NCBI RefSeq assembly: GCF_006345805.1
Contig: NC_043006.1
Span: forward strand, 53,444,001 to 53,508,000
DNA from: Octopus sinensis
Lineage: Eukaryota
DNA: 64,000 nucleotides
Direction of reading: 5' to 3'
This document shows, piece by piece, positions 27,961-43,070 of this stretch. Numbering within the stretch: the first letter of the stretch is position 1; every line of letters starts with the position of its first letter. The notes beneath the pieces are model-generated. The model was not told where the DNA came from, did no database searches, and was given only the letters and a program-made list of their open reading frames with translations. Position numbers and translations under genes: made by a program.

Positions 27961-28396
27961 TCTTGGTATAGGCGGCAATGATTGCATTTTTCTTTTTTTT
28001 TTTTTTTTTTGGTTCACGAACTAAACAAGATTGATCTGATCCATTGGAGGATGCTTTATATCAATCGTAGGCAACTTGTAGCCCGAGGGACTTTCTAGAT
28101 AGAACGCCTAACGAAAAATGACCTTGAATTTATTTAGTGGTGCGGCTCGCTTGATTATGACCTATGTCTCATGTGACTTGCTTCTCGAGAAAGGTTGATC
28201 ATGCTTGTTTTACATAAACAGAGATAGAGATAGGTGTGATGGAGAGACAGATGGACTGGCGAATGGACGGACAGATGGACAGTGAGATAGAGAGAGGGGG
28301 AGACAGACAGACAGACACATGGATAGATAGACAGACAGACAGGCAGGCAGGCAGGCAGACAGACAGACAGACAGACAGACATACAGACAGACAGAC

Positions 28397-28467
<71 letters not shown>

Positions 28468-29001
28468 ATATCTTATCTCAAGAGAGTCTAGTTTACGTTC
28501 ATTTAATTTCTAAAGCCATCTGAATTGGCTACAAGTAACAATTAATTTGGTGGCCTTAGAGTATTGCCGCCACAACTTGGAGAGATGTATACTTGTTAAA
28601 TAAATCAGTAGTGTGAATATTGCCTCAATAGTTGTATAGGTGCAAGGCAAAGCAAACCAGGAGTTTAAGATAAACCTAGAATATAATGGTAGATGAGGGG
28701 TGGAGAAAGAGAGGAGGGAGGGGACGAGTGAGAGGTGGGGGGAAAGAGAGAGTAAGATATCGAGGGAAGGAAAGAAGGAGGTAAGGAAAATTAATGAGTT
28801 GGGTAAAACAACTTGACAAGTGTACCAGATTAAATTAACGGCGCTATTCTGACTCTGTTTCTTCGGGTATTTTAATGCCAGGATGCTTAAGACCAATGTG
28901 TGTGTATGTGCGCGCGCGCGCGTGTGAGTGTGTGTGTGCGTGTGTGGCGTGTATATTTATATATACATACATATATATATATATGTATGTATGCATATAT
29001 A

Positions 29002-29096
<95 letters not shown>

Positions 29097-29097
29097 G

Positions 29098-29131
<34 letters not shown>

Positions 29132-29830
29132 TATATAAATGTATGTATGTATATACATATATATATATATTCACACACACACACATATGTAGTAGATATG
29201 CTTGTATGAGTCTTATGTATACATGCACACGCGCGCGCGCGCGCACGTAATACAGGAAGTACTTGTGTAATCAACTTTAAGCAAAGTGTTACGGAGCAGA
29301 AACTGGAATAAAATATAAAAAATACTCGCACGCGCACATCCAAACACTCTCATACATACACACGCGCGAACACTCACACAAATGCATTCACACACACACA
29401 CATGCACTCACACATCCACGCAAACACACTGACTCACACACATATATACGTATACACACGCACACTTACTTAACCATACTCACACAGTTCAAAAAGAAGA
29501 CCAGACACATACTCTTATATACATATGCACTCGTCAGACTTATAAAACATCTATATGCACTAAAATATGAGTAATTAAAATAACACCTACATACATACAT
29601 ATACATACATAAGCATACATTCATACATATACATACAAATACATACATACATACATACATACATACATACATACATGCATGCATGATCGCAGCCACTCAA
29701 TTCCTTTCTCCCTAATTTTCCCTTTCCCTTTATTAAAATTTTTCTTATGTAAAATCTTACGCGCGCACACATACACACACACACATACACACACACATAC
29801 ACACACACACACAGACAGATAGATAGATAA

Positions 29831-29908
<78 letters not shown>

Positions 29909-30308
29909 GTAAACTTCAACTCCAGCGGCACACTTTATGCGCGCGTACACAGTATACGTTTATGCCCATATGTTTGTATTCGTGTCTCGCTTTCTTATTC
30001 TTGTTTTCGTTTGCCTCTCTCAGAAGCTTAATGCTTTTAGCTTAATATTCTGCCGCTTGCAGGATTCGGGCGGTCTCAAGAGTAAAAAGCGCGAAGCAGC
30101 TATGACTTTCTAGACACTAACTGACGAAGAAATCGGCTGTGAATGATCCGCGTATCTTATTTTTGTCCAGTTCCCTGTTTATTATGTTATCGTCATTTTT
30201 ACCGCACGTTGCTTTTTATTGGATTTCCGCTTGTTGCGTTCTTGTCCTACCCTAATCTTGTCGCGTTTGTCCTACCCTTGATTCATATATATATATATAT
30301 ATATATAT

Positions 30309-30347
<39 letters not shown>

Positions 30348-30431
30348 TAAGAGAAGAAGAAGAGACACACTTCTTCATCCACATTCAAACACGCTTCTAA
30401 TCTGCCGCTGGACCGATAGCGGCAAATTATG

Positions 30432-30473
<42 letters not shown>

Positions 30474-30479
30474 TGTATG

Positions 30480-30576
<97 letters not shown>

Positions 30577-30584
30577 CGGGAAGC

Positions 30585-30785
30585 TTTATGAAAATAAACA
30601 AAAGACGAAGGCAGGTGGAGTACAAACAAACAATTGTATTAGTATGGCGCTCAGGAATATAAATAAAACAAGTCTTTTACGTTTCGAGCCTACGCTCTTC
30701 AACAGAAAGATACACAGAAAAGAAACACGGAGAGAAACAAGGAGAGAAAAAATGCGTGCAGAAGCTAGCGATTCAACATGGCGAA
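30585..30785 (-). mobile_element. Penelope-tail-like repeat family F with CUGUUGA HHR-like motif (30673-30709)
   Basis: Minus strand cttt-CTGTTGA-A-GAGC gtag GCTC-GAAA-CGTA-aaag; same family as 7890 and 42880. Confidence 0.7.
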
Positions 30786-30853
30786 TATATATATATACAC
30801 ACATATATATACACACACGCACACACACAACACACACACACACACACCACACC

Positions 30854-30909
<56 letters not shown>

Positions 30910-31088
30910 AAAAGAGAGGAGAAAGAGCAGTTGAAGCCGAACTTTGAATGCCCGTTGTTTTTAAAATCAAAATAAAATAAAATAAAAGCAAACTGACTTT
31001 TCTCCTTGGTACGAAAATGATGTAAGGTGGGCGGAATAAATGGCGTCTATTTTATAAATATCTATATATATTTATATTTATATTGTGT

Positions 31089-31133
<45 letters not shown>

Positions 31134-32549
31134 CGTACAAATGTACTGCAAGCTCTGCATAAAAATAAGAATGTTCTTGTCCACCATTTTATTCAAATTT
31201 AATAAAATGCATTTCTAGAACGAAAATCTTCCAAGATCTGGGAAAGGAATTGAAGGGATTGTTGTTGTTGTTGTTGTTGTTATTTTTTTAATCCAGTAAG
31301 TTCTCAAAGCCAAAGCTGAGGTGCTTACAATTAGTGTTTAATTTTGAACTTCAGAACTTCGGTACGTTGATGTCAAAAGGGAAAACAAGGCAACATTTGG
31401 TTTTTTACGGAGTTACTTGATCAGCTGAAAATAGTAGCAAAATTTCCCTCAAATCTCATTTTACGGTCTTACAAGCAAAACACATTAATCTATATATTCC
31501 TTCATATACAAAAATGAGATGATCAATACTAGAACCACTTTGATCACCGATTTGATCGACCAGAGATGACATGGAAACCATTGCTGTTTTTGTTATTGAT
31601 AACTTAGGTACATGATCAAAGACTTACCAGTCATGACCATCTCGTCTTCTTTTCGATGTATATACACATGATATAGATAAAACATAAAAAAGATTCGAGC
31701 CCCCATCACAACCAGTCGTCATGCTATTCTTGTATATGAGTGCACCTGTGTGTGTGTATGTGTGTGTGTGTGTGTGTGTGTGCGTGTGGACCGGCTTATG
31801 TAAACCATATGAGTGTCTGTGTGCATGCATGCGTGTACATATGCAAATATATAGAAACACGCATACAATATATATATATATATAGTAATATATATAAACA
31901 TATATAAACATACATAGATATGTGTATATGCGTGTGTTCGCGCGGTTGTATATATGTATATCTACACATATAGTATGGTAACCTAACCGAATTTAGACTA
32001 ACATTCATTTCTGCTCCACATTTCTACTATATTCATGTGTAGGGAAAAAAACACCAGCTCTCCCTGAAAAAATAAAGCTTTCGGTTAAAACACAAAAAAA
32101 TAGAGAGAGAAAGCTGGGGCGCTTCTCAAATAGAGTTTGTCAGGTAAGACTGGTAAAGTAACATCACAGCTGCGAGTATGAAACAATTATCTTTGGATTC
32201 GGGTGTAAACTAGTTCCTCATCCCTTTACTAACTAGGTCGAGATTAGATCGTTGACGCCATTACAGTTTAATATCATCTAACATCGCTGGTACTCGTACT
32301 GGATAGAAGAAGGTGAAAAAAAGAATGCAAAATTAAAAAGGAGAAGGATATTTCTCACTCTTCATCACTCTTTCTGTGTGAATATGTATAGTTATATAAT
32401 AAGTTATATAATTATATATATATTATATATATATATATACATACATACAGACATATATATATATATTATATATATATAATATATATGTGTGTGGTGTGGT
32501 GTGTGTACGTATGCACATACACAAATACACATATGTATGTATGTATATG

Positions 32550-32588
<39 letters not shown>

Positions 32589-32696
32589 ATGTATATATGT
32601 ATGTATGCATATGAATTTGGCCTTATAGATATATGTGTATATGCTTACATATACACATATATGTATGTGTAAGCATAAATACTTATACCTGTACAC

Positions 32697-32866
32697 ATAC
32701 ATACATACATACATACACACACACACATACATACATACATACATACATACATACATACATGCATGCATACATACATACATGCATGCATACATACATACAT
32801 ACATACATACATACATACATACATACATACATACATACATACATACATACATACATACATACATAA
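32697..32866. repeat. (TACA)n microsatellite
   Basis: Directly visible. Confidence 0.98.
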
Positions 32867-33596
32867 ATCAGCGTATAATTTCTGTAGGCTTGGGTGTGTA
32901 TTTAGGGGAGGTATGATGAGGGAAAAGCTTGAGATAAGAACTCTCAAATGTTCTTATCTATATTTTGCTCCAGAAATCTGTCAGAAAAGATAAAAGGGAA
33001 ATATTAGCATTTGTTTGTTTTTTAATCTTTGATTCACTTTGGATAAGGAAAGGTAGGGTATTATGCAAGCAGTCTCTCTCTCTCCCTCTCCCTCTCCCTC
33101 TTTCTCTTTCCCTCTCTCTCTCTCTTTCCCTTTCTCTTTCTCTCTGTCACTCACTCTCTCTCGCTCTCTCACTCTTCTCTCTCATTCTATCTTTCTCTCT
33201 CTCTCCCTCTCTTACACTCTTTGACTTGTTTCAGTCAGGGGACTGAGGTCATGCTGGAGCATTGTCTTCGAGGGTTAACTAGTCCGATAATGCTTGCCAA
33301 AGTTAACTTGAAAGTTAGATTGTTAACGAAAATCTTAACTTCATTAATATATGTGCGTGTGTTTAACAGATTAACGGTTTGGTACCCAGGTTTGCTATTA
33401 ACATCATAGAATCGTACCAGTAACCAGATCACCGTGACCAATGAAAATTTTGACACCACACGAGATAAATATAAATTTAAAGTGAATTTAACAGCTTTTT
33501 GTGCTATTAAATGGTTCTGCTTGTTATTAAGTGGTTTCAGTTTCAACACAAGATCTCAAAGCAAGTCACTTGGTAGACAAGTACAACACATGTGTT

Positions 33597-33651
<55 letters not shown>

Positions 33652-33680
33652 ATGTGTGTGTGTGTGTGTGTACATAATGC

Positions 33681-33711
<31 letters not shown>

Positions 33712-33717
33712 CATACA

Positions 33718-33751
<34 letters not shown>

Positions 33752-34180
33752 CACGCATGCATACATACATGTATGCATTGTGGATTTTGTATGACTGCTC
33801 CTGTTAAGTTTAGAGTGCCACGTAAATTATTATCGTTTAGTTTGCTTCTAGTATAATGTTTCAACTACTACTATATTACTAGTTATCATATTCAGACCAA
33901 ATGTAGGATAAATTACGATAAACACAAGTTTCTTTCATTTGTTCCTACGCCCATTTCACCATTATGGGTATTTGAAACTCTACATTGGATGTTCCAAGCG
34001 CAACTGGATGCTTAACTACAAAGGATCATCGGGGAATACTTTCTGGCATTGTTACACAGACTAATGTGGTTAAACATCCGACTGCACTTGGAACATTCAA
34101 TGCAGAATTCCAAACAACCACAATGTTGAAACATACGTTTGAATAAATGATATAATCTTGTGTTTGTTGTAATTTTTCAT

Positions 34181-34339
34181 TGGCGTGACTGTGTGGTAAG
34201 AAGCTTGTTTCTCAACCGCACGGTTTCGGGTTCACTCCTACTGTGTGGCGCTTTGGGCAAGTGTTTTCTACTATAACTTCGGGCCGACCAAAACCTTGTG
34301 AGTGGATTTGGTAGAAGAAGACTGAAAGAAGCCCGTCGT
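34181..34339 (+). mobile_element. SINE family A 5' half
   Basis: Head and CORE-like domain. Confidence 0.9.
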
Positions 34340-35022
34340 TCCTCGCTTACTTTCTTCTCTTTTTCTTTTTCTCGCACCCCCTCTCTCTCACATTTCTTGG
34401 CCTTCTCTTTCTTTAGCTCCCACTAGTTCCCACTTGTTTATTTCCCCTGTACCTTTCTATTTGTCTCTGATCTTTTTTTCTAATCCTTCAATCCCACTGT
34501 CCCCTACCCATCTCTCCTCCTTCCACGTGACCGGTGTCCGGCCATCCATGATCTTTCTTCCTTGGCCTGACTGCCAACCGTCAACACCTCTTGTGTCCAT
34601 CTCCTATGTTCCTGCCTTTAGGCTTTCACTTCATACACGCCAGCTCAATTTGATTCGTTCTCAGTGGAAAGACACCTGTTGTTATTTTTTTGTTGTTTGT
34701 ATTCCTAATTGTGTACCATGTTCTCCATTTTTCGTCTTTTTGTGTGCTATGTTCTCTCTTTTTTGCCTTTGTTGCCGTACACATTCGCTAGCTTTTTTAC
34801 AAAGGGGTCCAATGCTCTTAGCTTACACTTTTGGGTGGGGCAACTAGATCGAACCGTCTCAAGTGTAACTGTCTGAAACGGTCGTGACTTCTGGGACTTG
34901 ACTGAAGAACGAAGGTCACGAATGACCCGTCTTTTTCTGTATGTCCTTCTAATTGTTGTTTCTCTTGTCCGCCTTGTATCGTCTATCTGTCCGAATGTTT
35001 TATTGTACCCAATTGCATTTGT

Positions 35023-35078
<56 letters not shown>

Positions 35079-35079
<1 letters not shown>

Positions 35080-35112
35080 TAGCTTAAGGTAACCCGCTCT
35101 ACGCGCGGGTAA
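35079..35112 (-). mobile_element. Isolated Helitron 3' terminus
   Basis: Minus strand acccgc-gcgtaga-gcgggt hairpin followed by CTAG|T. Confidence 0.6.
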
Positions 35113-35114
35113 GA

Positions 35115-35398
35115 GTGTGGTTGTTACTTTCTGTTGGTTCCTTTCAGCACGTAAAAAGCACCATCCGAACGTGGCCGCTGCCAGCCCCCCTGGCACCTGT
35201 GCCAGCGGCACGAAAAAAGCACCCACTACACCCACAGAGTGGTTGGCGTTAGGAAGGGCATCCACCTGTAGAAACACTGCCAGATCAGACTGGAGCTTGG
35301 TGCAGCCTCCTGGCTTCCCAGACCCCGGTCAAACTGTCCAACCCGTGCTAGCACGGAAAACGGATGTTAAACGATAATGATGATGATGATGATGATGA
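35115..35398 (+). mobile_element. 3' part of an RTE-related SINE/LINE with a (GAT)n tail
   Basis: ggttggcgttaggaagggcatcca motif and gttaaacgat(gat)n end. Confidence 0.6.
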
Positions 35399-36215
35399 TT
35401 CTCCCTCTTTCTCTCTCACTTTCCCACTCTCTTACTTTTCTTTTCTCTCGGACTCTCCCTCGCTTTCTCTTACTCTCTATCTTTATCTATCTCTCTCCCA
35501 TTTATAAACAACAAAAGATCTTGAGTAAGTTGAGAAATAAAATATTTTGAAAGATCAATCATAAATATCAGGCAGTGACATAGGAAATGTCTGCTTCAAG
35601 GCAGACAGCAAAACATTAACATTTAAAAGGGACAGACGAACTTACGAGCTGAATAAAAATAATAAAATATTGGAAACCAAAGTTTGAAGGGATATAGAAT
35701 CTGAGGATAGTAGATTCACCATGGCTGGCATTTCTAACGACGGACAGCACGTATTGACAGTTTAACGGCTGGCGTAGATTTTCAACTTGATGTAAAAGAA
35801 AATTCCTAAACACCAAGTTTTGAAGTGATTCTTTCTCACCACAGTAGACTCATCATGGCAAGCATTCAAAACTTCTTCATCATGGACGGCAACACATTGA
35901 CGATTAAAAGGCTGGCGCAAATTTTTTAGCTTCATGTAACAGCGAATTCGTAAACACCCGCTCCTTGAAATTTTAATCCCCTTCCAGCCCCACTTAGACC
36001 CCTTTCACTTTGGTTAATATAACCCGATTTCATTCGGGTCTACTGGGGCCACATTTTATAAGATGAGGAATTTTGTCCTAAGGTCACGCCTTTTATTTGA
36101 GGAAAAAATAGTTGTCATGCAAACTGCCAGCACTTTTAACATAGGTGTGCATATTTTCAGCACAACCGACCACATAATGCAAAACATTATATATACATCT
36201 CTATATATATATATG

Positions 36216-36246
<31 letters not shown>

Positions 36247-36612
36247 GTGTGTTGTGTGTGTGTGTGTGTATGTGCACGCATTATATATACAAAGTATACA
36301 AAATATATATATATATATATATGTGTGTGTATAAATTAATTAGAGATAAAACCACTAATAGGCACAATCAAACAGTGAAAAACATAAACCAAAACATAAA
36401 AATAAAAATATAATATACAAAATATATAAAATATAAAATTGAAAAATTTAATTTTTAAATTAAAATAAAAATTATTAATTATAATCATAATTTTTTTAAA
36501 ATATATAACTATCAAAAAGTATTAAAAGTTTAATATACATAAATACAGATATATACACTTGTTATATACATTATATATACATATTTAATATAGAACACAC
36601 CACACACACACG

Positions 36613-36651
<39 letters not shown>

Positions 36652-38323
36652 TATATATATATATATATATAAATATATAATATATAAATTAACCCAATAA
36701 ATATCTGGATCATAATATTTGTTCTCATTAATTGCGTGGTGGTGGTGGCGATGATATTCTGTCTATGAATGCAGACAGACGTAGAGAGAGAGAGAGAGAG
36801 AGAGAGTGAAAGCGCTGTCGAAGGCGGGGTGGGGGAGATATAGAATGCCGTTTGAGGACGTTATAAAGAGAAAGTGAAGGGGAGTTAGACGCTTTTAGAC
36901 GACGTTATGTATAGAAAGTGATGGGAAGGGAGGAAAGAGAGTGAGTGACGGAGGAAGACAGATACATAAAAGAATGAGAGTAGTCTTGTCAAAGTGAGTT
37001 TTTGGCCCTAGCAACGACACCTTTCAAGATGGGGAGCCCACTGGCATCATCACCTCATTTTACATGTCCCTGTAAATTTTGGAGTCAATCCGACGAGATC
37101 TAGTGACCTTTAACCCGTTCTCAATGCCAAAACCAGACAAACAAACAAACAAACTTTTCGCATTTCAGTTTTATAAATAGATATATATATATATATATAT
37201 ATATGTGCGTGTGTGTGTGCGTGCGTGCGCCTCTAAGTTTGTTTACAATAGATGGATAGATAGATAGAGAGAGAGAGATGTACATATAAACACGCACATA
37301 CATACATACATACATACATACATACATACATACATACATACATACATACATACATACATACATACATTCATGTGCGCGTATGAAATCGAGCGCATATTAA
37401 ATGTATTAGTATGACATAATTAGCAATTTCAAGGATTACATCTTAAGAGTACAGTTACAGCTAACAGCTACTGAGCCAATTTTTCGTTTCTGTAACACTA
37501 AATATTGCTACTGAATACTAAACAAGTAAGCAGTGTACACAAATACAGACTCTAATCCTCTTCTTAATATATGGAACGATATAAGTAGAAGAATCATCAG
37601 TCATATCTTTCAATAAAAACACGTTGTACATAAACCATTAATTGACACTGTTTTTATTTTTGCTTTTTTGCTGTGCCTCAAGAATGAAGTTGTGTTTAAG
37701 ACCTTTGCAGGCCCTCCGTGACTGCAGAGAACGACGACGTTAATGTTTCGTTTAAGCATTTTCAAACTCGACACCCACAGCTAAAATATTAGTAGAGAAG
37801 AGTTTCTAGAGGTGACGATAGTCTAGGGAGAAATGACCAGGTACATTGACTAGTGCAGGGTCTGGAGCGGAGTTGGGCACATGGTTGAAGAGAGGTGAAG
37901 AAATGAGTGGGTCGAGAGTAGAAGAGGCAAAAACTAGGCAATCCTGAGAAAAAGAGGATGTTACAGTAGCAACTGAAAAAAGAGAGGAAATAGTACTCCG
38001 AAGGGCTGGAGCGAGTCTCACTAATTAGCCGATTGGTCCTTCACTGAATACGGTCCAGGATGTCTGTGTACATAGCAATATCATCCTAAATGTGAAACCA
38101 ATACTCTATTGTGAGCCTCATTTGCACTTTGTAGTGTCACCAGTTGTTGGGCACTAAAATATTTTCTGGCCCTCAAAAGAAGGGGCAATGCTGTGGTGCT
38201 TAAACTAACTGCATCGTCTTTATTTTTCCCCCAAAGTCAAATTAATTGCCCTAAATTAGGGCTGATAAAAGATTATAAGCCCTAAAATTTTATAAGCCCT
38301 AAAATTCACTCTATAATTGCTCA

Positions 38324-38535
38324 CGGGCATATAGCGTAAAGGTTAAGGGCGTGGCCTTGAATAAATAATAATAATAACACCAACAAAACATTCCTTAGAA
38401 ATGAGAACCCAGGGTTGGGTTCAAAATCCTACCAGGACACCTGATGAAGGCTGGAGAATAAATCAACCGAAACTTTGTGGTAACAACAAACAAGATGAGG
38501 ACACATATCCGTCTAATGTAAATAATGTACATTAC
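38324..38535 (+). mobile_element. SINE family E copy 2 (B box deleted) with decayed HHR at 38436-38481
   Basis: gacac-CTGATGA-A-GGCTG gagaataaat caacc-GAAA-cttt-gtggt; colinear with 9808-10121. Confidence 0.8.
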
Positions 38536-39155
38536 TGTATTATTTCCCTAGCTTTTTTTTTTTCAGATTTAAACTCACCTTGAAGGACTTCTGTCTTGTT
38601 ATAGCAATAATAATTTGAATTAATTGAAGCTGTAGCGAGACAGAAAAGGGCTATTTTGTCGTGCTATGGCCATTTCATCCAATTAGAGCTGGCTGCGGAA
38701 GGATACATATGGCAACTTCCACCCAGCAGTATACGCGCCTTTTTCAAATAGCTAATTTAATTACAGCATTGACGGTCCTAGGAGCAACATCACCCTTTCT
38801 GATATGCGACTGTTACAGTGTACACTACCAACCCCGCGCAACTCATTTCACTTATGTCTGTTTTCATTCTGTGTCATATAAACCACCCAAATGAAATACA
38901 TCATAAGTCATGCGAATTTCTTCATGTCTCGCTACACCATTTGTTTATCATTCGCACACAAACAAAAAAATAATTCTTATTGCTTCTTGCGAGTGCTTGT
39001 TACCCTTCAAAAATAAATTTTGATGTTATACATACCTTGCTTTCTGACTTTCTTTACACACGCTGTCACAGAACACTTACATGAAATTAGTGACGACCAC
39101 CATCATTAGAAAGCTTTTCGAAATTACTTTGTGACTAATACCTACGTATATTTAA

Positions 39156-39287
39156 CAGGAGTGGCTGTGAGGTAAGTAGCTTGCTTACGAACCACATGGT
39201 TCTGGGTTCAGTCCCACTGCGTGGCACCTTGGGCAAGTATTTTCTACTATAGCCTCGGGTCGACCAAAGCCTTGTGAGTGGATTTGG
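39156..39287 (+). mobile_element. SINE family A 5' half
   Basis: Head and CORE-like domain. Confidence 0.9.
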
Positions 39288-40082
39288 AGGGGTAGGGGTA
39301 GGGGGACAAAAAAATCTCCGAAAATAGTAGCTGAAAAACAGGAAAAAAACTAAAAGCTGTAGAAATGCACGAACGATTATGGTGGTGCCATGAAGATAAC
39401 ATGATTCAGATACACTCGTTTATTTATACAAACGTAAATGAGATGAAATATGTCATAAATAATAGTGACAAACGAAATATACACCGCCGGAAGTTGTTGA
39501 CAAACAACAGCAGTAATTTTATTCGGCTGAATACACGTCATTGATTGGTTGAAATTACCGAAATACGACAACTTTAACACGAAATAACTTCATAAATATA
39601 AACGTTTCTCAAAAACGCTAAGAGTAAAAGATGTTTTATATGACACATTCTACCAGTATACGAAGTTTGAAAGAGTTTTTAATAACAAAAACATTAATTT
39701 CTCGATCTGCCGTTCAAAGGGAAAAGATCCGTCCATTCTCACTCCAAAGCTCTGCACGAATCATTATTCTCATTCTCCCTTACCAGAACAACGTCCATCC
39801 GGAATCTTGTCCAGAAGAGAATGTAGGGGACTGTCAAGCTATGTGCTCAATATTCTAATACAATAGACTAATACACGCACACATACAAACACACACACAA
39901 ACACACACACACACACACACCAAACAAACACGCACCACATACACATACACACATATAAGAACAATGTTGAGAGTATTGGATTCATTAAAATAAATATTTC
40001 ATGCTGAGCGACAGTCATTTCTTACTTTTTCTTTTTACTGAAGCAATGGTCGCATCTGATCTGCTGAATATTTTCAAACTAG

Positions 40083-40144
<62 letters not shown>

Positions 40145-40443
40145 TGTGTGTGTGTGTGTGCCGTTTTCCACCATTGACTGATGGCATTTATTAAACTAAG
40201 GTGACTATTACTGATAAATTGGTCCGATCGTATTTCATGTTTGGAGTTAACTATGCAATAATTGTTTGTATGTTGTCATTTCGGCCTAATCTCTGCCTTA
40301 TTTCCTTCGTTTATTATTTCAAAAGGTTACATAAGGCTATTGTACTTTTCGGAAGATCATTTTCATCCTTTGTTGGTGGTTTGATAGTTTTAACTGAATG
40401 TTTGTGGTTATATTCTCATGCCATTCCTGCGAGAGACTACATG

Positions 40444-40890
40444 TTAGTTAGTTAGTTAGTTAGTTAATTGGCTCAAAAGCAAATAGCAAGGCCATGTAGG
40501 GGGACATGGAGTTAAGTACAGGGTGGTGTTCATGTAAGAGTTCAGGCCACTTGAGGTCCAGGGAGGCTTTGAACAAAGCGGTCGTCGGCATCTTCACCAT
40601 CTCGTCTGGCAGCTTGTTCCACGGATCCGCAACCGGACGGGAAAGCTCCTCTCCTTCGATTGAGATGAAATCGTCGCAGGTAGAGCTTTTCGGAATGACC
40701 CCGCAGCCGGCGCTCCGGAGCAGGAGTGAAGAACAGCTCTTTCGAGGTTACACTTCCCGCTTATGATGTTTGGGCGAGAATGAGATCACCACGGCGCGGC
40801 GTTTTTCAAGAGAACAAAGGTCGAGCATCCTCAGCCTTTCTTCGTAGGACAAATTTTTGAGACCATGAATTATAATGGAAGACAAGGTTT
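40444..40890 (-). mobile_element. CR1 LINE 3' end with (AACT)n tail
   Basis: LSYEERLRMLDLCSLEKRR, LRGHSEKL and PWNKLPDEMVKMPTTALFKASLD motifs followed by the tandem tail. Confidence 0.92.
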
Positions 40891-41453
40891 ACGATATCGG
40901 AAGAATATCGTCTTCTTCCATCATCTTTTTGTTCTTCGTGCAGTTCAGGCTGTTACTATTGCCCTCATTTTTCACCCATTTCATTTGTCATTCATATCAT
41001 TATGTGTATGTATCCAGCCCGCAGCTTCCTTTCCATGAAAGGCCCTTGTGGCCAATTAATGAAATAAATTAATTAGTGGATCAGCAGAATAGGTGGAGTG
41101 TTTGCAGTATTTAATTACTGACCTTTATGGTTTGAGTTCAAATCCCCCGGGACTAAATTTTTGTTATTCTGATGTTGATAAAATATTGTAACTGCCAAGT
41201 ACTAGGATCCATTCGTGTGAAGCAACCTGGATATGGCCAGAATTACAACAAAAGACTTGGTTATCCGTCCCTCTGGACACTATGTGGTCGGTTTCGCAAT
41301 CTTTCTATATTTCTCTCCTGATGTGTGTCTTACAAAATCAGGCAAGTGATTCAGAATCGAGATGTGAATACATATATTACAAACTCATATCCATATTAGG
41401 AAATTGGTCTCTTCAAAGCAGTTTTGGCGGATTGGAATGTAGATCGAACAAAC

Positions 41454-41483
41454 CTGATGAATTGTTAATTAACAATTCATCAG
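41454..41483. repeat. Perfect 30-bp palindrome with no spacer
   Basis: ctgatgaattgttaa|ttaacaattcatcag. Confidence 0.97.
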
Positions 41484-41599
41484 AATTAATTCTTTAACAA
41501 ACTAGTAATGATAATAAAGGTTACTTATTAGAATGTAATCAAAACTTGTAACTAAGTACATTTACATAAATGACCTTATAATTACTACAGTAATTAGTA

Positions 41600-41810
41600 T
41601 CCTTTATCACGGATTTTTGCTTCCAAAAACAAAACCGTGTTAAATGAATCCGTGAATGCTTTCGTGATATCCTTACGAACTTTGTAAATGCAAAAAATGG
41701 TAGATTCATTAGCACTAAATTCGTGGTCAACAGCTGCGAAGCTTCAAGAATTACGTATTTTCTGGATGATCTCCACCTTTTTCTTTGTCGTTCGTTAGGA
41801 TCAAGCAACT
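41600..41810 (-). mobile_element. pogo/Tigger transposase N-terminal HTH remnant
   Basis: TTKKKVEIIQKIRNS*SFAAVDHEFSANESTIFCIYKVRKDI resembles the CENP-B-type psq helix-turn-helix. Confidence 0.65.
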
Positions 41811-42846
41811 TCGTACTTTTTCTGTTCACTGGTTACGTGTTAATTGGTATGTGTGCATAAATTCGTATAAAAAGTACGCATGGTGATGTGAACGCAAGCG
41901 ATGGTCAGTGCATTCTGAGTAGCTGAGCATTGTGGGCGTGCTTTTGCGGTTGCAGCAAGATCTTTAGTCGCCGACCCGTGTTATCATAGATCATCGGTGA
42001 TAAACATAACATGGTCCACAATTGAGTGTACCGTGTTATCTCGGATCTATGATGAATGAATCAGTGGTAAACTGATTCATACATACATACATACATACAT
42101 ACATACATACATACATACATACATACATACATACATACATACATACAAAAATATAAATGGCGGTTGAGTGGAAATCCGATTTTATATTTACATGCATGAA
42201 ATCTTTCTGTGAAATTAATATGAATTTGCAACTCGGTACCATTTCAATTTATTTAGCCAATATTTCTCTATGGAGATATGTGAAACATTTCCGTTTCAGT
42301 TGCTTCCTTATCGGTGATCTCAACATTTACATTTCTACGCGTGTTAAAAAGTATTGATAGAAATTCTTGTTTCTGCTTTACAACCAGAGAACAATTGTGC
42401 CGCCTGGAACAGATAATAATTTCAGTAAATGTCGATAACACATTGCATTTTGATATCATTTACAGATGAAGATGTTTAACATTGCTAAGGATGATATCGA
42501 TACTCTAGATGAGAAAAATATAAAAGGATTTTCAACGATATCATTTGTCAGAGATATGAATCATGGATATTTAGACAGAATGAAATGTTATTGATCATTT
42601 TGTATAGGGTTTTTTTTATTTCTTTATTGCTACTGTTGCAGCGTGTCTGTATATGCATGTGCATGTATGCATATATATGTATACATATACATATTTGTGT
42701 GTATATATATAATATATATATATGCATGCCTATATATACATATATAGTCATATATATGCACATATATACGCATTATATACATTATATACATATATATTAT
42801 ATACATGTATAAGTGTATATATGCATGCATGTGTGTGTGTACGTAT

Positions 42847-42879
<33 letters not shown>

Positions 42880-42880
<1 letters not shown>

Positions 42881-43070
42881 TTGAAATTTATAGAAAAACA
42901 AAAGACGAAGACAGGTGTAAAAACAACAAGAAGGTGTGAGTTTGACGCTCGGGAAGGTGAGAAAGTCTTTTACGTTTCGAGCCTACGCTCTTCAACAGAA
43001 AGGAACACGATGAAATAAGCAGAGAGAGAATAAAAAACCTTTTGGAGTTAGTGGTCAATCATGGCGACTG
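42880..43070 (-). mobile_element. Family F copy with CUGUUGA HHR-like motif (42966-43002)
   Basis: HHR-like motif identical to the copy at 30673-30709. Confidence 0.7.

Noticed and set aside
39760-39860. Possible exon at the pyrimidine tract ending ttaccag
   Set aside because: It reads equally well as a minus-strand donor, and no recognisable peptide arises in either orientation.
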